From assembly GCF_009914755.1 (NCBI RefSeq), contig NC_060933.1: 64,000 nt of DNA, one strand, 5' to 3'. Shown one piece after another: positions 52,453 to 64,000 of the stretch. The translations under genes and the position numbers were made by a program. The first letter of the stretch is position 1. Every line of letters starts with the position of its first letter. A model generated the notes under the pieces. That model was given only the letters and a program-made list of their open reading frames with translations. It had not been told where the DNA came from and made no database searches. The stretch comes from the human T2T-CHM13v2.0 reference genome, Homo sapiens.

Positions 52453-53211
52453 TTAATAAATTAATCCAGAGATTTAAAAACCACTTTTACTTTCCATGTT
52501 AAAAAAAATCAGCATACTTTCCAACTATAACCTAAAAATCTACAAAAAACTTTCCAAATTCTCAGTAAAGGAAGTATTGCAATCCACAGGAGATTATTGC
52601 TTTGTTCTAAAGACAGTTGAAACATTTTCAAATCTCTGACATTTTTTAGATCACCCTTTGCAGGGTGGGGTTCACAGAACATTTTTTTTCCTGATCATAT
52701 GACATTGCCTACATAATTTTGTGATTAAATGACTTTGGAAAATCAGGATTGAGACAAGTAAACAGTCCTATCAGAACTAAATATGTTAATGTATGGCGTC
52801 CCCAAGGGGTGTGATATGCAGCATTAATTCTTAAATGTAGATAATCATGGGACTTTAATAAGCAGATACACTTTGTGAATTACTACTTTAAATATTGGTA
52901 GTAATAGATTGCTTAATCGAACTTAAATTTAAAGAGATGATGTTGGACTTCTAGTGAATGGAAGCCAAGTATTTCTATTTACTAGAAAAATGTACATGAT
53001 CTATTATCCACAGTGAACTAGCAAACCTTCCATCTTGATATTTAGTTTTCATATTAATTGTATTATATTTCATCAGCTTACATTTTTTACTCACTAGGGC
53101 ATACTTTTATTTTTTTCATTGCAATAGCTTATTCAATATCTGCCTATTCATATATTAAGTAATAATTTTTTTTAACCTGCATCTCACACAGAGAAATCAT
53201 GAGGAAATCTC

Positions 53212-53377
53212 CACTCATTCTGGTCAGCATCACAGTTGCAGTATGTTGCAGGATTCCTGGGAGTCGATATGATTTTTTCTAATACACACATATGTTTCTC
53301 AGCATTGGGCAAATAACCTCTCCGGTAACTGTGCGCTTTTCTGGTTCTTCCCACCTACCAGCTCAACAGGGTATCAT
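53212..53377 (-). pseudogene. Decayed unprocessed exon of a CNTNAP3/CNTNAP4-like (Caspr) gene, fibrinogen-like domain
   Basis: Translates DTLLSW*VGRTRKAHSYRRGYLPNAEKHMCVLE...YCNCDADQNEW versus Caspr3/4 [33 protein letters not shown]...YCNCDA(G/D)RNEW; intact acceptor ttcttttttcag; donor degraded to GA; TAG stop at 53355-53357. Confidence 0.88.
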
Positions 53378-53490
53378 CTGAAAAAAGAATATGAGAAAGG
53401 CGAGTCCTATTTAGCCCAACTACTCACCCCCTAATGCGGTTCTGCTTCCGCTCAGATAATGACGTAAAAACAGTTTTTTGGTGTGTGTGG

Positions 53491-53808
53491 GTTTTTTGTT
53501 TTGTTTGTTTGTTTGTTTGTTTGTTTGGGACAGAGTCTTGCTCTGTTGCCCAGGCTGGAGTGCAGTGGCGTGATCTCGGCTCACTGCAAGCTCCGCCTCC
53601 CGGGTTCACGCCATTCTCCTGCCTCAGCCTCCTCAAGTAGCTGGGACTACAGGCACCCGCCACCACGCCCGGCTAGTTTTTTGTATTTTTAGTAGAGACG
53701 GGGTTTCACCGTGTTCGCCAGGATGGTCTCGATCTCCTGACCTTGTGATCTGCCCGCCTCGGCCTCCCAAAGTGCTGGGATTACAGGTGCGAGCCACTGC
53801 ACCTGGCC
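53491..53808 (-). mobile_element. AluY
   Basis: TSD aaacagtttt; (TTTG)n tail. Confidence 0.93.
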
Positions 53809-53907
53809 AAAAGAAACAGTTTTAAGAAAATAAGTCCAAACCCTGCAACAGAACATTTCTTTAAGAATACTAACCAGCTTTTTTTTTTTTAATTAAAAAA
53901 TATTTAC

Positions 53908-54211
53908 GGCTGGGCGCGGTGGCTCATGCCTGTAATACCAGCACTTTGGGAGGCTGTGACGGGCAGATCACGAGGTCAGGAGATCAAGACCATCCTGGCC
54001 AACACGGTGAAACCCCGTCTTTACTAAAAATACAAAAAAATTAGCCGGGCGTGGTCGTGGGCTCATGTAGTCCCAGTTCACAGGAGGCTGAGGCAGGAGA
54101 ATGGTGTGAACTCGGGAGGCGGAGCTTACAGTGAAACGAGATGGCGCCACTGCACTCCAGCCTGGGGGACAGAGCGAGACTCTGTCTCAAAAAAAGATAA
54201 AATAAAATAAA
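53908..54211 (+). mobile_element. AluY
   Basis: Full Alu. Confidence 0.92.
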
Positions 54212-54284
54212 GAGACTTTAATATGTTCAGTAATTACACAAAATTAATTATCTTGAGCAGGCCAGTTACATAATTTCTTTTGTT

Positions 54285-54603
54285 TTTGTTTTCTCTTTCT
54301 TTCTTTCTTTCTTTTTTTTTTTTACACAGAGTCTTGCTTTGTCACCCAGGCTGGAGTGCGGTGGCGTGATCTTGGCTCACTGCAGCCTCTGCCACCTGAA
54401 TTCAAGAGATTCTCCTGTCTCAGTCTCCCAAGTAGCTAGTACTACAGGTGCATTCCACCCCACCTGGCTAATTTTGTGTTTTTAGTAGAGATGGGATGTC
54501 ACCATGTTGGCCAGGGTGATCTTGAACTCTTAACCTCTGGTGATCCTCCTGCCTTGGCCTCCCAAAATGCTGGGATTACAGGCATAAGCCACCACGCCCG
54601 GCC
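54285..54603 (-). mobile_element. AluS
   Basis: TSD taatttctt. Confidence 0.9.
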
Positions 54604-54816
54604 CTGTAATTTCTTGAAAACAATTTTCAAAGATTGTTTTCATAAAAATAAGTAGCAGCTATGTAGAGATTGAAGCTAAAATCTGTTTGAGACCATGGAG
54701 TGCCTATCTAAAACCCTAATGTCATGAGGAGATATGATTTCTGTTATTGCATTTATTAGATAAAACTCCCAGCTGCATATTAAACATTTAGCGTGACATG
54801 GTTCTACTTCTTTGCA

Positions 54817-56083
54817 TTATCGGAGCTCAGAGCAGAGTACCCCAAAGTATGGTGCCTTGGCATGTGTGGATTGTTGCACTAAAGGAGACAGGAGGGGTTT
54901 AGAAGCAAGTAGTTCTCTTTGGCCTTCTCCCATCCTTCTGTCTCCTGAAACAAGCCATAAAATCTAGAAAGGTTATCTTTTACCTACCTCCCCTGAGAGC
55001 TCATAAGACCCTCATTCCAGAGGAGTCCTGCCCCTTACCTGGAGAAAGGAATGCTACACATGAAACCGTCATTGTAAAATTATAACTGAGGCAGTGAAAG
55101 AGATCTGACCTAACCAACTCCATCTTGCTTCTAACTTCCAAGCTGTCCTTCGTCATTCCTTGGCATAGGCTGAACTAACTTTGGAAGGAACTTAGTTTAT
55201 AATTTATAGTTTAAAATGAACATAATGACAGCTCTTTCCCAAAACAAATCCCTTTCTTGCTTAGGGACTAGACTGCCTTTGTAGGACTAACAAACTAGTC
55301 ACAAGATTAGAAATTATGGTTTAGGAGTCATGCAGCTGGAGGCTACGAGGTTCTTTCCAGATTGCTCCAGGGGATAACATCACTACTGTAAAGCCTAAGA
55401 CCACCCAGCCCTTGAGATATTTTGCAGACACTGCACTTGATGGATCAGCAGCCATCACCCCGATCGATAAACTGGCTCATCTGATATTGTGGCCCCACTC
55501 AGGAACTGACTCAGCACAAGAGGACAGCTTTGACTCCCTATGACCTGACCAATCCGCACACCCAACTCACTGCCCCCCACCAGTTCACAAATTATCCTTA
55601 AAAACTCTGATCTCCAAATGCTCCAGGAGACTAATTTGAGCAATAATAAAACTTCAGTCTCCCACACAGCTGGTTCTGTGTGTATTACACTTTCTCTGTT
55701 GCAATTCCCCTGTCTTGATAAATCAGCTCTGTCTAGGCAGGGGGCAAGATGAACCCATTGGGCGGTTACACACAGAGAGACCAAGAAGAATCAGAACAAA
55801 CAGGCCTTGCTGGGCTCTGCTCAGTTTATTACCATTAGATCATATCCATTTTGTCCAGTTACGTTGCTCCACAACTATTCACTTCTTTCATCAGATTTAA
55901 CATAAAAATACAGTTTCCCCCTGGGTGTTTGGGTCTTCATTTCTGAAGCCTCCTGTGTCAAGTAAAACTTTGATTAAATACCTTTGTTATGCTTTTCTCT
56001 TGTTAACCTGTCTTTTGTTTTGGGGGTTTTGGGCTGTAAACCTTGTGGCGAGTGAAGAAAAGATAGGACTTTTCTCCCCTAGA
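54817..56083 (+). mobile_element. MER34-like LTR split by LTR8
   Basis: gctcagagcagagtaccccaaagtatggtgccttggcatg start; continues collinearly after 55770. Confidence 0.65.
55061..55770 (+). mobile_element. LTR8 solo LTR
   Basis: tgaaaccgtcattgtaaaattataactgag...gggcggttaca; TSD caca. Confidence 0.85.
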
Positions 56084-56394
56084 GTATTTTAAAAGTCTTG
56101 CGGAGGCATGTGCTTATGTCAAAGATGTCTGGAGGCATGGCTTGACTGTTCATTCAAAGACAAAGAAACAACACTCATGGACTTTCCTGCCTGGAGGAAA
56201 TGTCACCCTTGGCCACACAGCTTCTCAGAGCAACGTTCACGTCCACCAGCGGCACTGATAACTGACTCCTCAGCACTGTCCAGCGAATGCTGCATGGAGG
56301 CTCGCAGGCACCCCAGCTTAGAAAGGAGGAGCAGAAGGTAAATACCTACCTAGTACACAGGAAATCAAAGAGCAAAGCTTAAGAAGTGGGCTTA

Positions 56395-56723
<329 letters not shown>

Positions 56724-57032
56724 AGTGGGCTTAGACTCATCAACCCCTCAAAAATACTCAGCCACTTTTATGTTTTCTTCCCCAACCCCAAGCTCTCATC
56801 CTGAGGTCCTGACTGAATCTGGAGCATGCTTCAGTATCTCCCTAACTTATAAGCGCCACTGCTCATTAAGGCTCCCTGTTAGATGAGACCTCTGCTGCAA
56901 CAGTCTCTCTGCTTGTAAACATCACTGCATATATCACCACCCACCCCAGCCCAGCAGGGAAAGGAAAACAACAACAACAAATAAAATGCAATTCTAGGAA
57001 TAGTGAGATATGCAAGAAGGCATCAGTATTAA

Positions 57033-57388
<356 letters not shown>

Positions 57389-57480
57389 TAGTAGAAAGTA
57401 CATAAAACAATTAATAGATGGTTTTCAAATACCACTTTCAACTTAATTACTAGTCATTATATTTTCTCTTCAGAGATTGA

Positions 57481-57949
<469 letters not shown>

Positions 57950-58310
57950 AAGAAAAAGTTTTTTAAAAATTAGTGAAAATATTAGACTCTGAAGAATAGA
58001 AATAATAAATAAGAAAAATGTAAATGACTTTCTCAACAACTTTAGCCACTGACTCCCATCCTCCTCTGTGCCCTCAAATTCAATTTTCAGTGAATTTCGC
58101 AGGCCAGGAGTCATCATTCCCGTTGCTGACAGCTGAGCTCCTCAGCCTGGGAGTATCCATTTTTGAACATGCATTTTTTATTGTACTTGCTTTTTTAACA
58201 ACTCACATTCATGGTTTCATTTTAGAATATCCATGGTGTAAACAACACATTACTTCGTGCAATGGAGACAATATTGCTTGATTGATTTTGTATTACTCAA
58301 AAAAAAAAAA

Positions 58311-58758
58311 GGCGAGAAAAGAACTTTTATCTGAGGAATGTGAGTCCTTTTAAATAATGAGGCCCAGAGAGACATTAAAATGAGGCAGCAGTCAAATCCT
58401 ACTCCCCGCTTTGAGCTAGGTATTCATCTCCTGAAACTGCTTATTGCCACAAGTAGCTATAAATTAAGTTAATAATGCCAGAGCAAACGCTATAACCCAC
58501 ACCCTGTAGCTTAATAATGTATAGCCAATCGCTAATCAATGTTATTTCTATAAATCAATAAGAATGCCTGACAAACAACTTTGTATCAGCCATGCCTTCT
58601 CCCCCTTTTTTGCCTTCAAAAATCTGTTTGTAACAAAGGCCAAACTCATATCCAAGGTTACATGGGTCCGAGTCCTCCTGACAGCTGTCTTCACTTTGGC
58701 TCAGTAAACTCTTTAAATTATAGAGTTTGTGTCTCAGCCTCTTCCTTTTAGGTCGACA
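58311..58758 (+). mobile_element. MER84-like solo LTR (ERV1)
   Basis: gagaaaagaacttttatctgaggaatg start; ends ccttttaggtcgaca. Confidence 0.7.
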
Positions 58759-60430
58759 AAATGATAGAGCTTTGGAGGTCAATATTTATCAAAACTGCCA
58801 TCTTTGGGAAATCTTCTGCATAAAAGAGCTGGATGTAATTGAGCCAGATGCTGCTTTATTCCACAGCACTGCAAAATATTACCCTCCCTTTCAACTCTAC
58901 CCCAATTGAAAGCTTCTGGAAATACTAAGTCTCTCGTGGATATTTGTGTACATTAACTTTTAAAAGAAATTCTCGAATGGCAGCTTTGCTGTGGCAGCTG
59001 TCAGGCATGCATATGAGGAAATGTGTTGTAAGTGCACAGATAAGGAATTACCTGATGTTTCTGTAGACAGATTTTCAAACTCATAATTCTTTTCATGTTC
59101 ATCATCTTCTCCCCAAATTAAAAAAAATTATCGTCTATATATTTATCTTTTCAGCTAGGGTTTTCCTCATCTCTATATGCATTTCTCTCATTTTCAAATA
59201 TATTTTTAGGACGCGCATGTTCAGATCATGTGGACTATATGTTATCATAACTTTTGTTAAATAAAAATATATTATCCAGTATCAGCTCCTCAAACAAAAT
59301 GACTTTGGGTCCATAATGGCTACTGAAATGTCAACTGACAAAAATTCAAATATATTTCTGGCACATCGATTATTTACTTCTTTTGTATTTAAAAATGAAA
59401 TACAACCTGCCCAATTGTGTAACAGGCAAAAGCATTTTTAGATCTTTTACCCCTCTAAGACCAAATGCCCAACTGGAGCATTTATGCTGTTTGTGCAGCA
59501 TTGCCCAGCTGCAGAGAAGCCCAAGGCTCAGAGGGTAAGAAGTGACTGGAAGTTGTCTTGTTACGTATGTGGTGCAGGTTCTTTAACTTACATAAAAATA
59601 TATTTGATAAGATGGTCAATTTGCATGAGTATTTACCCAATCAGAGGGTGCAGGGAACAGTTATATGGAGATTTTTTTTAAGCTATTACATTTACATCAT
59701 TTAGAAATCAAAACAAGATAAGTTACCTACCAAGGGTACCTTCCCCATTTCTACGCCCATCATAGGGAGCTGAGAATGGCCTGACTAATAAATTTGCATT
59801 AGAATTAACAACCACAGGGATGGCATACTTTACAACAGCAACCCAGGGACAAGGAAAGGGGAGAGGATGTTACCAAGCCTAGGGAAACAACTCAGGCTCA
59901 TGGTGAACAGGGAGGGAAACTGATAGTGTCTAACTAACACAATTTTAAATTCAGTAAGAAAATGGTTTGTTAGATCATGTAGCTCACTTACTCGCCATTG
60001 AAAAATGCTGTGAGTGTTTCCATGGAAATCTGAATTCAAAAGATCTTTCCTTTAATCATATTCTGAGATTTACACGGAAAATATCTAAAATAGGCTTTCT
60101 TTTTCCTTGAACATTACCTACTCTATATTCACCCTCAGGGGTTTTTCTCTCAAATGAATCAAATATAAAGAGAACCTTGTAGAATACTGAGTTGGGTTGT
60201 GGAGTTGACTTATCAAGTGCTATTTTTCTCATTCTCATCACAGCTCATAGCGTGTTGGGAAAAAAAATGATGCCTGAATAGCTCATATGGGCAGGTGGTC
60301 AGTATAATTGATTTCCAGTTATGTATGGTTAAAATTTAATAATAGAAAAAACATCCTCCGTAAAGGGAAGTATTGAGAATACATCTATAAAATGTTTTCT
60401 TAAGAGTAGAATAAGTTAATCTGTGGATAA

Positions 60431-60433
<3 letters not shown>

Positions 60434-60472
<39 letters not shown>
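60434..60472 (+). repeat. (GT)n microsatellite, about 19 units
   Basis: Directly visible. Confidence 0.97.
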
Positions 60473-60474
<2 letters not shown>

Positions 60475-63291
60475 AATAATCCCTCTAAGTCACAGATTTT
60501 TACAATACTAATATTTGAAACACCCAAGCACGGGCACAGACAATTATGTTATGTTTCCCTAATTGTCCATAGCTTATCTTCAAAGAATGAAAGAATGTTA
60601 GAGATGGAGGGAAGAAACAGCTTAAGGAATTATAAGTAACCTGCAAAACAGAAAAGTATATAGCTGATGTTCACCACCTTTGAATCATGAATAGACTTGG
60701 GAGACTAATTTTAAGAATGGCAAAATGTTGAGACAGTTTCTGTGATGTGGTGGAGTAAGACACTTCAGAACGTGTTTGCTCTGACTCACTGGAGCTTGTC
60801 TGGCATCAAAAAGGGTGATTCTTAATTGACCCTTTGTCCACCCTGTCAAGAGCGGTCAAAAGAACACACAATTTAGCAGGTTAAACTATTTTAATTTCAT
60901 CATTTAATGGGACTTCACAGTATAAATAATAAAATTTACTAGATGTCATATGAAACCCCATGTTTCAGTTCATTTGCCATATTACAGCAATTTTGCAATA
61001 TTGCAACTTTTTCCTAGTTTTTATAATTTCCTATAAAATGTCTTCTATAATCCATCTATGTGATTTCTAAGGGAAAAAGTGATCTTATGTAAAAGGAAAA
61101 TAACCTTGGATTTTCACATTAGATAGGAATGTACTCATTCCCACATCTCCTGGAGGAAAAAAATAAAGACCCTGTCAAGAAAACATTGACAGTACTATAA
61201 TTAGTGAGTCCATCATTCATGATTTGGAAATTGACCTCTAAGAAAGTGGAGAAAAAACCCCCTGTTTCACAGAAGGCAAAAATCATTTCCATTTATGTCA
61301 AAATACCATCCTTTAAGAAGAAATGGAGGGCACTGATTCTGATGAGAAAGGGGAATGCAAGTCATGAAGGAATTGTGAAATAAACAAACAGAGAGGATCT
61401 ATCCTGTCATTTTATCTCTAAATAAAGAACTGATCGATGTCTTGGACTCATGTTGATGAGTAGTGAGGGATGGATGTAACACTAGCGTCTGTGCCCAGAT
61501 ACACGAGGATAAACGACGTGCTACTTCATGACTCTGAGGATTTGCTGCCAAGATGGATATTTAAAGTGAAGAAATTCTTCCACAATATTGCTGCCCTTAC
61601 AGAGACAGGGCATTGGTTAGGCCCTGTATTTTATCCAGGCTAACCCCCTCATCATACAGATGAGGAAAATGAGTCCTGGAAAAATTATGATGACAGAACT
61701 GGTGAACTCTGACACTTCGGGTTTTGACCTTGGTTAAATTCTTAGATTTTGCCCAAGAACACACTCTAAGATTTCTCGCTGTAGTTTGACTGTTTTGTTC
61801 TGAGGATTTTGGAAATAGTATCTCCTGACAGGATTTCTGTGTTTTTTGCTGCTCAACTGGCTCTGAAATTTCTGAACATGCCTTATGCAGTTTCAACATT
61901 CTTCTGTAATCTCTGCTGAAACATTTTTGTACCTATATTTTATATCGATACTTTCAGTGTGTGTGTGAGTGTGTGTATGTATGTTCTAGGACCGACTTGA
62001 GAAAGATTACCCAGTCAAAGTTCATATAAATGCTGCATATTGTTAGGTATTGAATAAGTATTTGGTATCTCTTTATGTTATGAAGAAGTAAACAGTGTAT
62101 CTGCGTTTAAATATGAAGACAGGGTTACAGTGGAAGCATGATGCTATCATCTAGTGACACTCATCTTGCAGTATCATATTTTTACTAGTTAAGTGTTCTT
62201 TATTTTAAGTAGGAGGTACAGGATTCTGAAGCATAGTGTAAAAGATTGGAAAAGGTTTCACAGGGAAACCTGTGGGTATGAATCATACATGCTGTGGAAA
62301 CCAAGGATCTTCTCAAAGTCATGGTTACTGGACTTCATATGAAGCCCTGTGATTAAAGAAGCAAGTCAGCTTAGTAATAGCCAATATTGACTGAAAATCT
62401 GAAGGGCATTTGTTTAACCTCCTTAAATAGTTGTTATCCAACAAATCTGCTAAAAAATAGTTTTCAATTATTTAGTACTTACTGTCTTTGTTCACTTAAA
62501 CACAACTTGCAAATAAGAAGTAGTTATTGCAAAAGGTAGAAATGATCATCCAATGTGCAATTCCTTGTCATGAAAACCCTCCAAGGCTGGTTTAAAACAG
62601 AAACTTCCTTAAATGTTCTGCAAATAAAAATTCAAGATAATTAAAATCCAGAACAAAAGAGAAAATATTTACATAAAACACACTTCTACAGTATTTTAAT
62701 TTATTCTGAATCATCATTGAATAGAATATTTTAATTTGTTCAAGTAAATATTTTACTGTGTTCATGATAGGGGCTTAGTATCTGCAAGTGATGGGCCTTG
62801 TTAATCTTCAGAATAAGTTTAAATGACAGCTCAGCAGGGCAGCGTCTCCCGTGCAGCAGCCCCTGTGGAGCAGCAGGAAGGAAGGCTCCGGAGGAAGCCG
62901 CAGGAAGCCGATGGCTCCTGTGAGAGACTGCCTGACTGATGCTGTCACGGTATTGACCCTCTCCCTAAGAGCCCTGAGATCACACTCGCCCTTTTTACAT
63001 CACCCAACAGGGCTGACTTAACATCCAGGGAGGACAAATAAAGGGGAAGAATAAAATAGTCCAACAAAACCAGGACAGAATGCATTCATGTCATTAATGG
63101 AGCTACATTCTTACTTTGAATGAATTACCTACATTATGTTACCTTCCTAAAGACTTACTGAAAAAAAGGTGTTCAAGGAACTAAGGGAAACCCAGGGTGG
63201 CACTTGAGGTTGAGGGTCACAGACCACACTCTGAATAGCCCTGAGGCTGAGTGCAGGGCCAGGCTGCCTGTGTGCAGATCTCCTGGCCGTG

Positions 63292-64000
63292 TGTTAGAGG
63301 TTGAACCATGCATCTCTCAGAATTCAAATGTTGAATTTTTATTTTATTTTTATTTATTTAGTTTTTTTGAAACAGAGTCTCACTCTGTCACCCAGACTGG
63401 AGTGCAATGGCCCTATCTCAGCTCACTGCAACTTCCAACTGCTGGGTTGAAGTGATTCTCCTGATTCAGCCTCCTGAGTAGCTGGGATTACAGGCGCCTG
63501 CCACCATGCCCAGCTAATTTTTGTACCTTTAGTAGAGATGGGTTTTTGCCATGTTGGTCAGGCTTGTCTCAAACTCCTGACCTCAGGTGATCCGCCTGCC
63601 TCAGCCTCCCAAAGTGCTAGGATTACAGGTGTGAGCCACCATGCCCAGCCCATATGTTGAATTTTTAAACACTGAGTACTGCAGAACCCAGGAATTATTT
63701 GGACATAGGGTCTTTACATGGGAGTTAAAATGAGGTTGTTGTGAAGGGACCCTAATCCAATTTGACTAATATCCTTGTAAAAAGGGAAATTTGGAGACAG
63801 ACACACGTAGAGGGAAGATGATGTGAAGAGATCAAAGAAGAAGACAGGTGTCTACAAAACCAGGAAAGAGGCCTGGAATAGATGCTTCGTTCATAGCCTT
63901 CAGAAGGAGCCAACCCTGCTGGCACCTTAGTGTTAGACTTCTATCCTCCAGAACTGTCAGACAAAAAATGCCCATTGTTTAAGTCACCCAGTGTGTGGCA
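63292..64000 (+). mobile_element. MLT1B-like MaLR LTR, split by an Alu and running off the window
   Basis: ccctaatccaat...gagggaagatgatgtgaag...cctccagaactgt...gtttaagtcacccagt. Confidence 0.8.
63340..63651 (-). mobile_element. AluSx
   Basis: TSD atgttgaattttta. Confidence 0.92.

Overview
Repeat-dense human genomic DNA (a human-specific AluYb8 is present) with no intact protein-coding gene. Almost all ORF-track entries come from Alu, L1 or LTR sequence. Main structures: (1) a decayed minus-strand MER4-group ERV1 provirus at 4669-13243, with both LTRs, a TTAC TSD, PBS, gag/pro/RT/RNaseH/env-TM remnants and nested younger insertions. (2) A 5.8-kb insert at 25578-31363 that splits an old L1 and has the hallmarks of a retroposed, apparently unspliced non-coding RNA: 10-bp TSD, poly(A) added 12 nt after an LTR ATTAAA, and a CpG-rich promoter-like 5' end. 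It carries a CCAAT box, an antisense splice site and a MER41B GAS element. (3) An Alu-recombination scar at 41.9-43.2 kb, made of a tandem duplication plus a 147-bp copy of sequence from 22.5 kb upstream. (4) One decayed, unprocessed CNTNAP3/CNTNAP4-like exon at 53212-53377 on the minus strand. (5) An unexplained exact 28-bp direct repeat 3.5 kb apart. Repeat subfamily names come from recalled consensus sequences and need RepeatMasker/Dfam confirmation.
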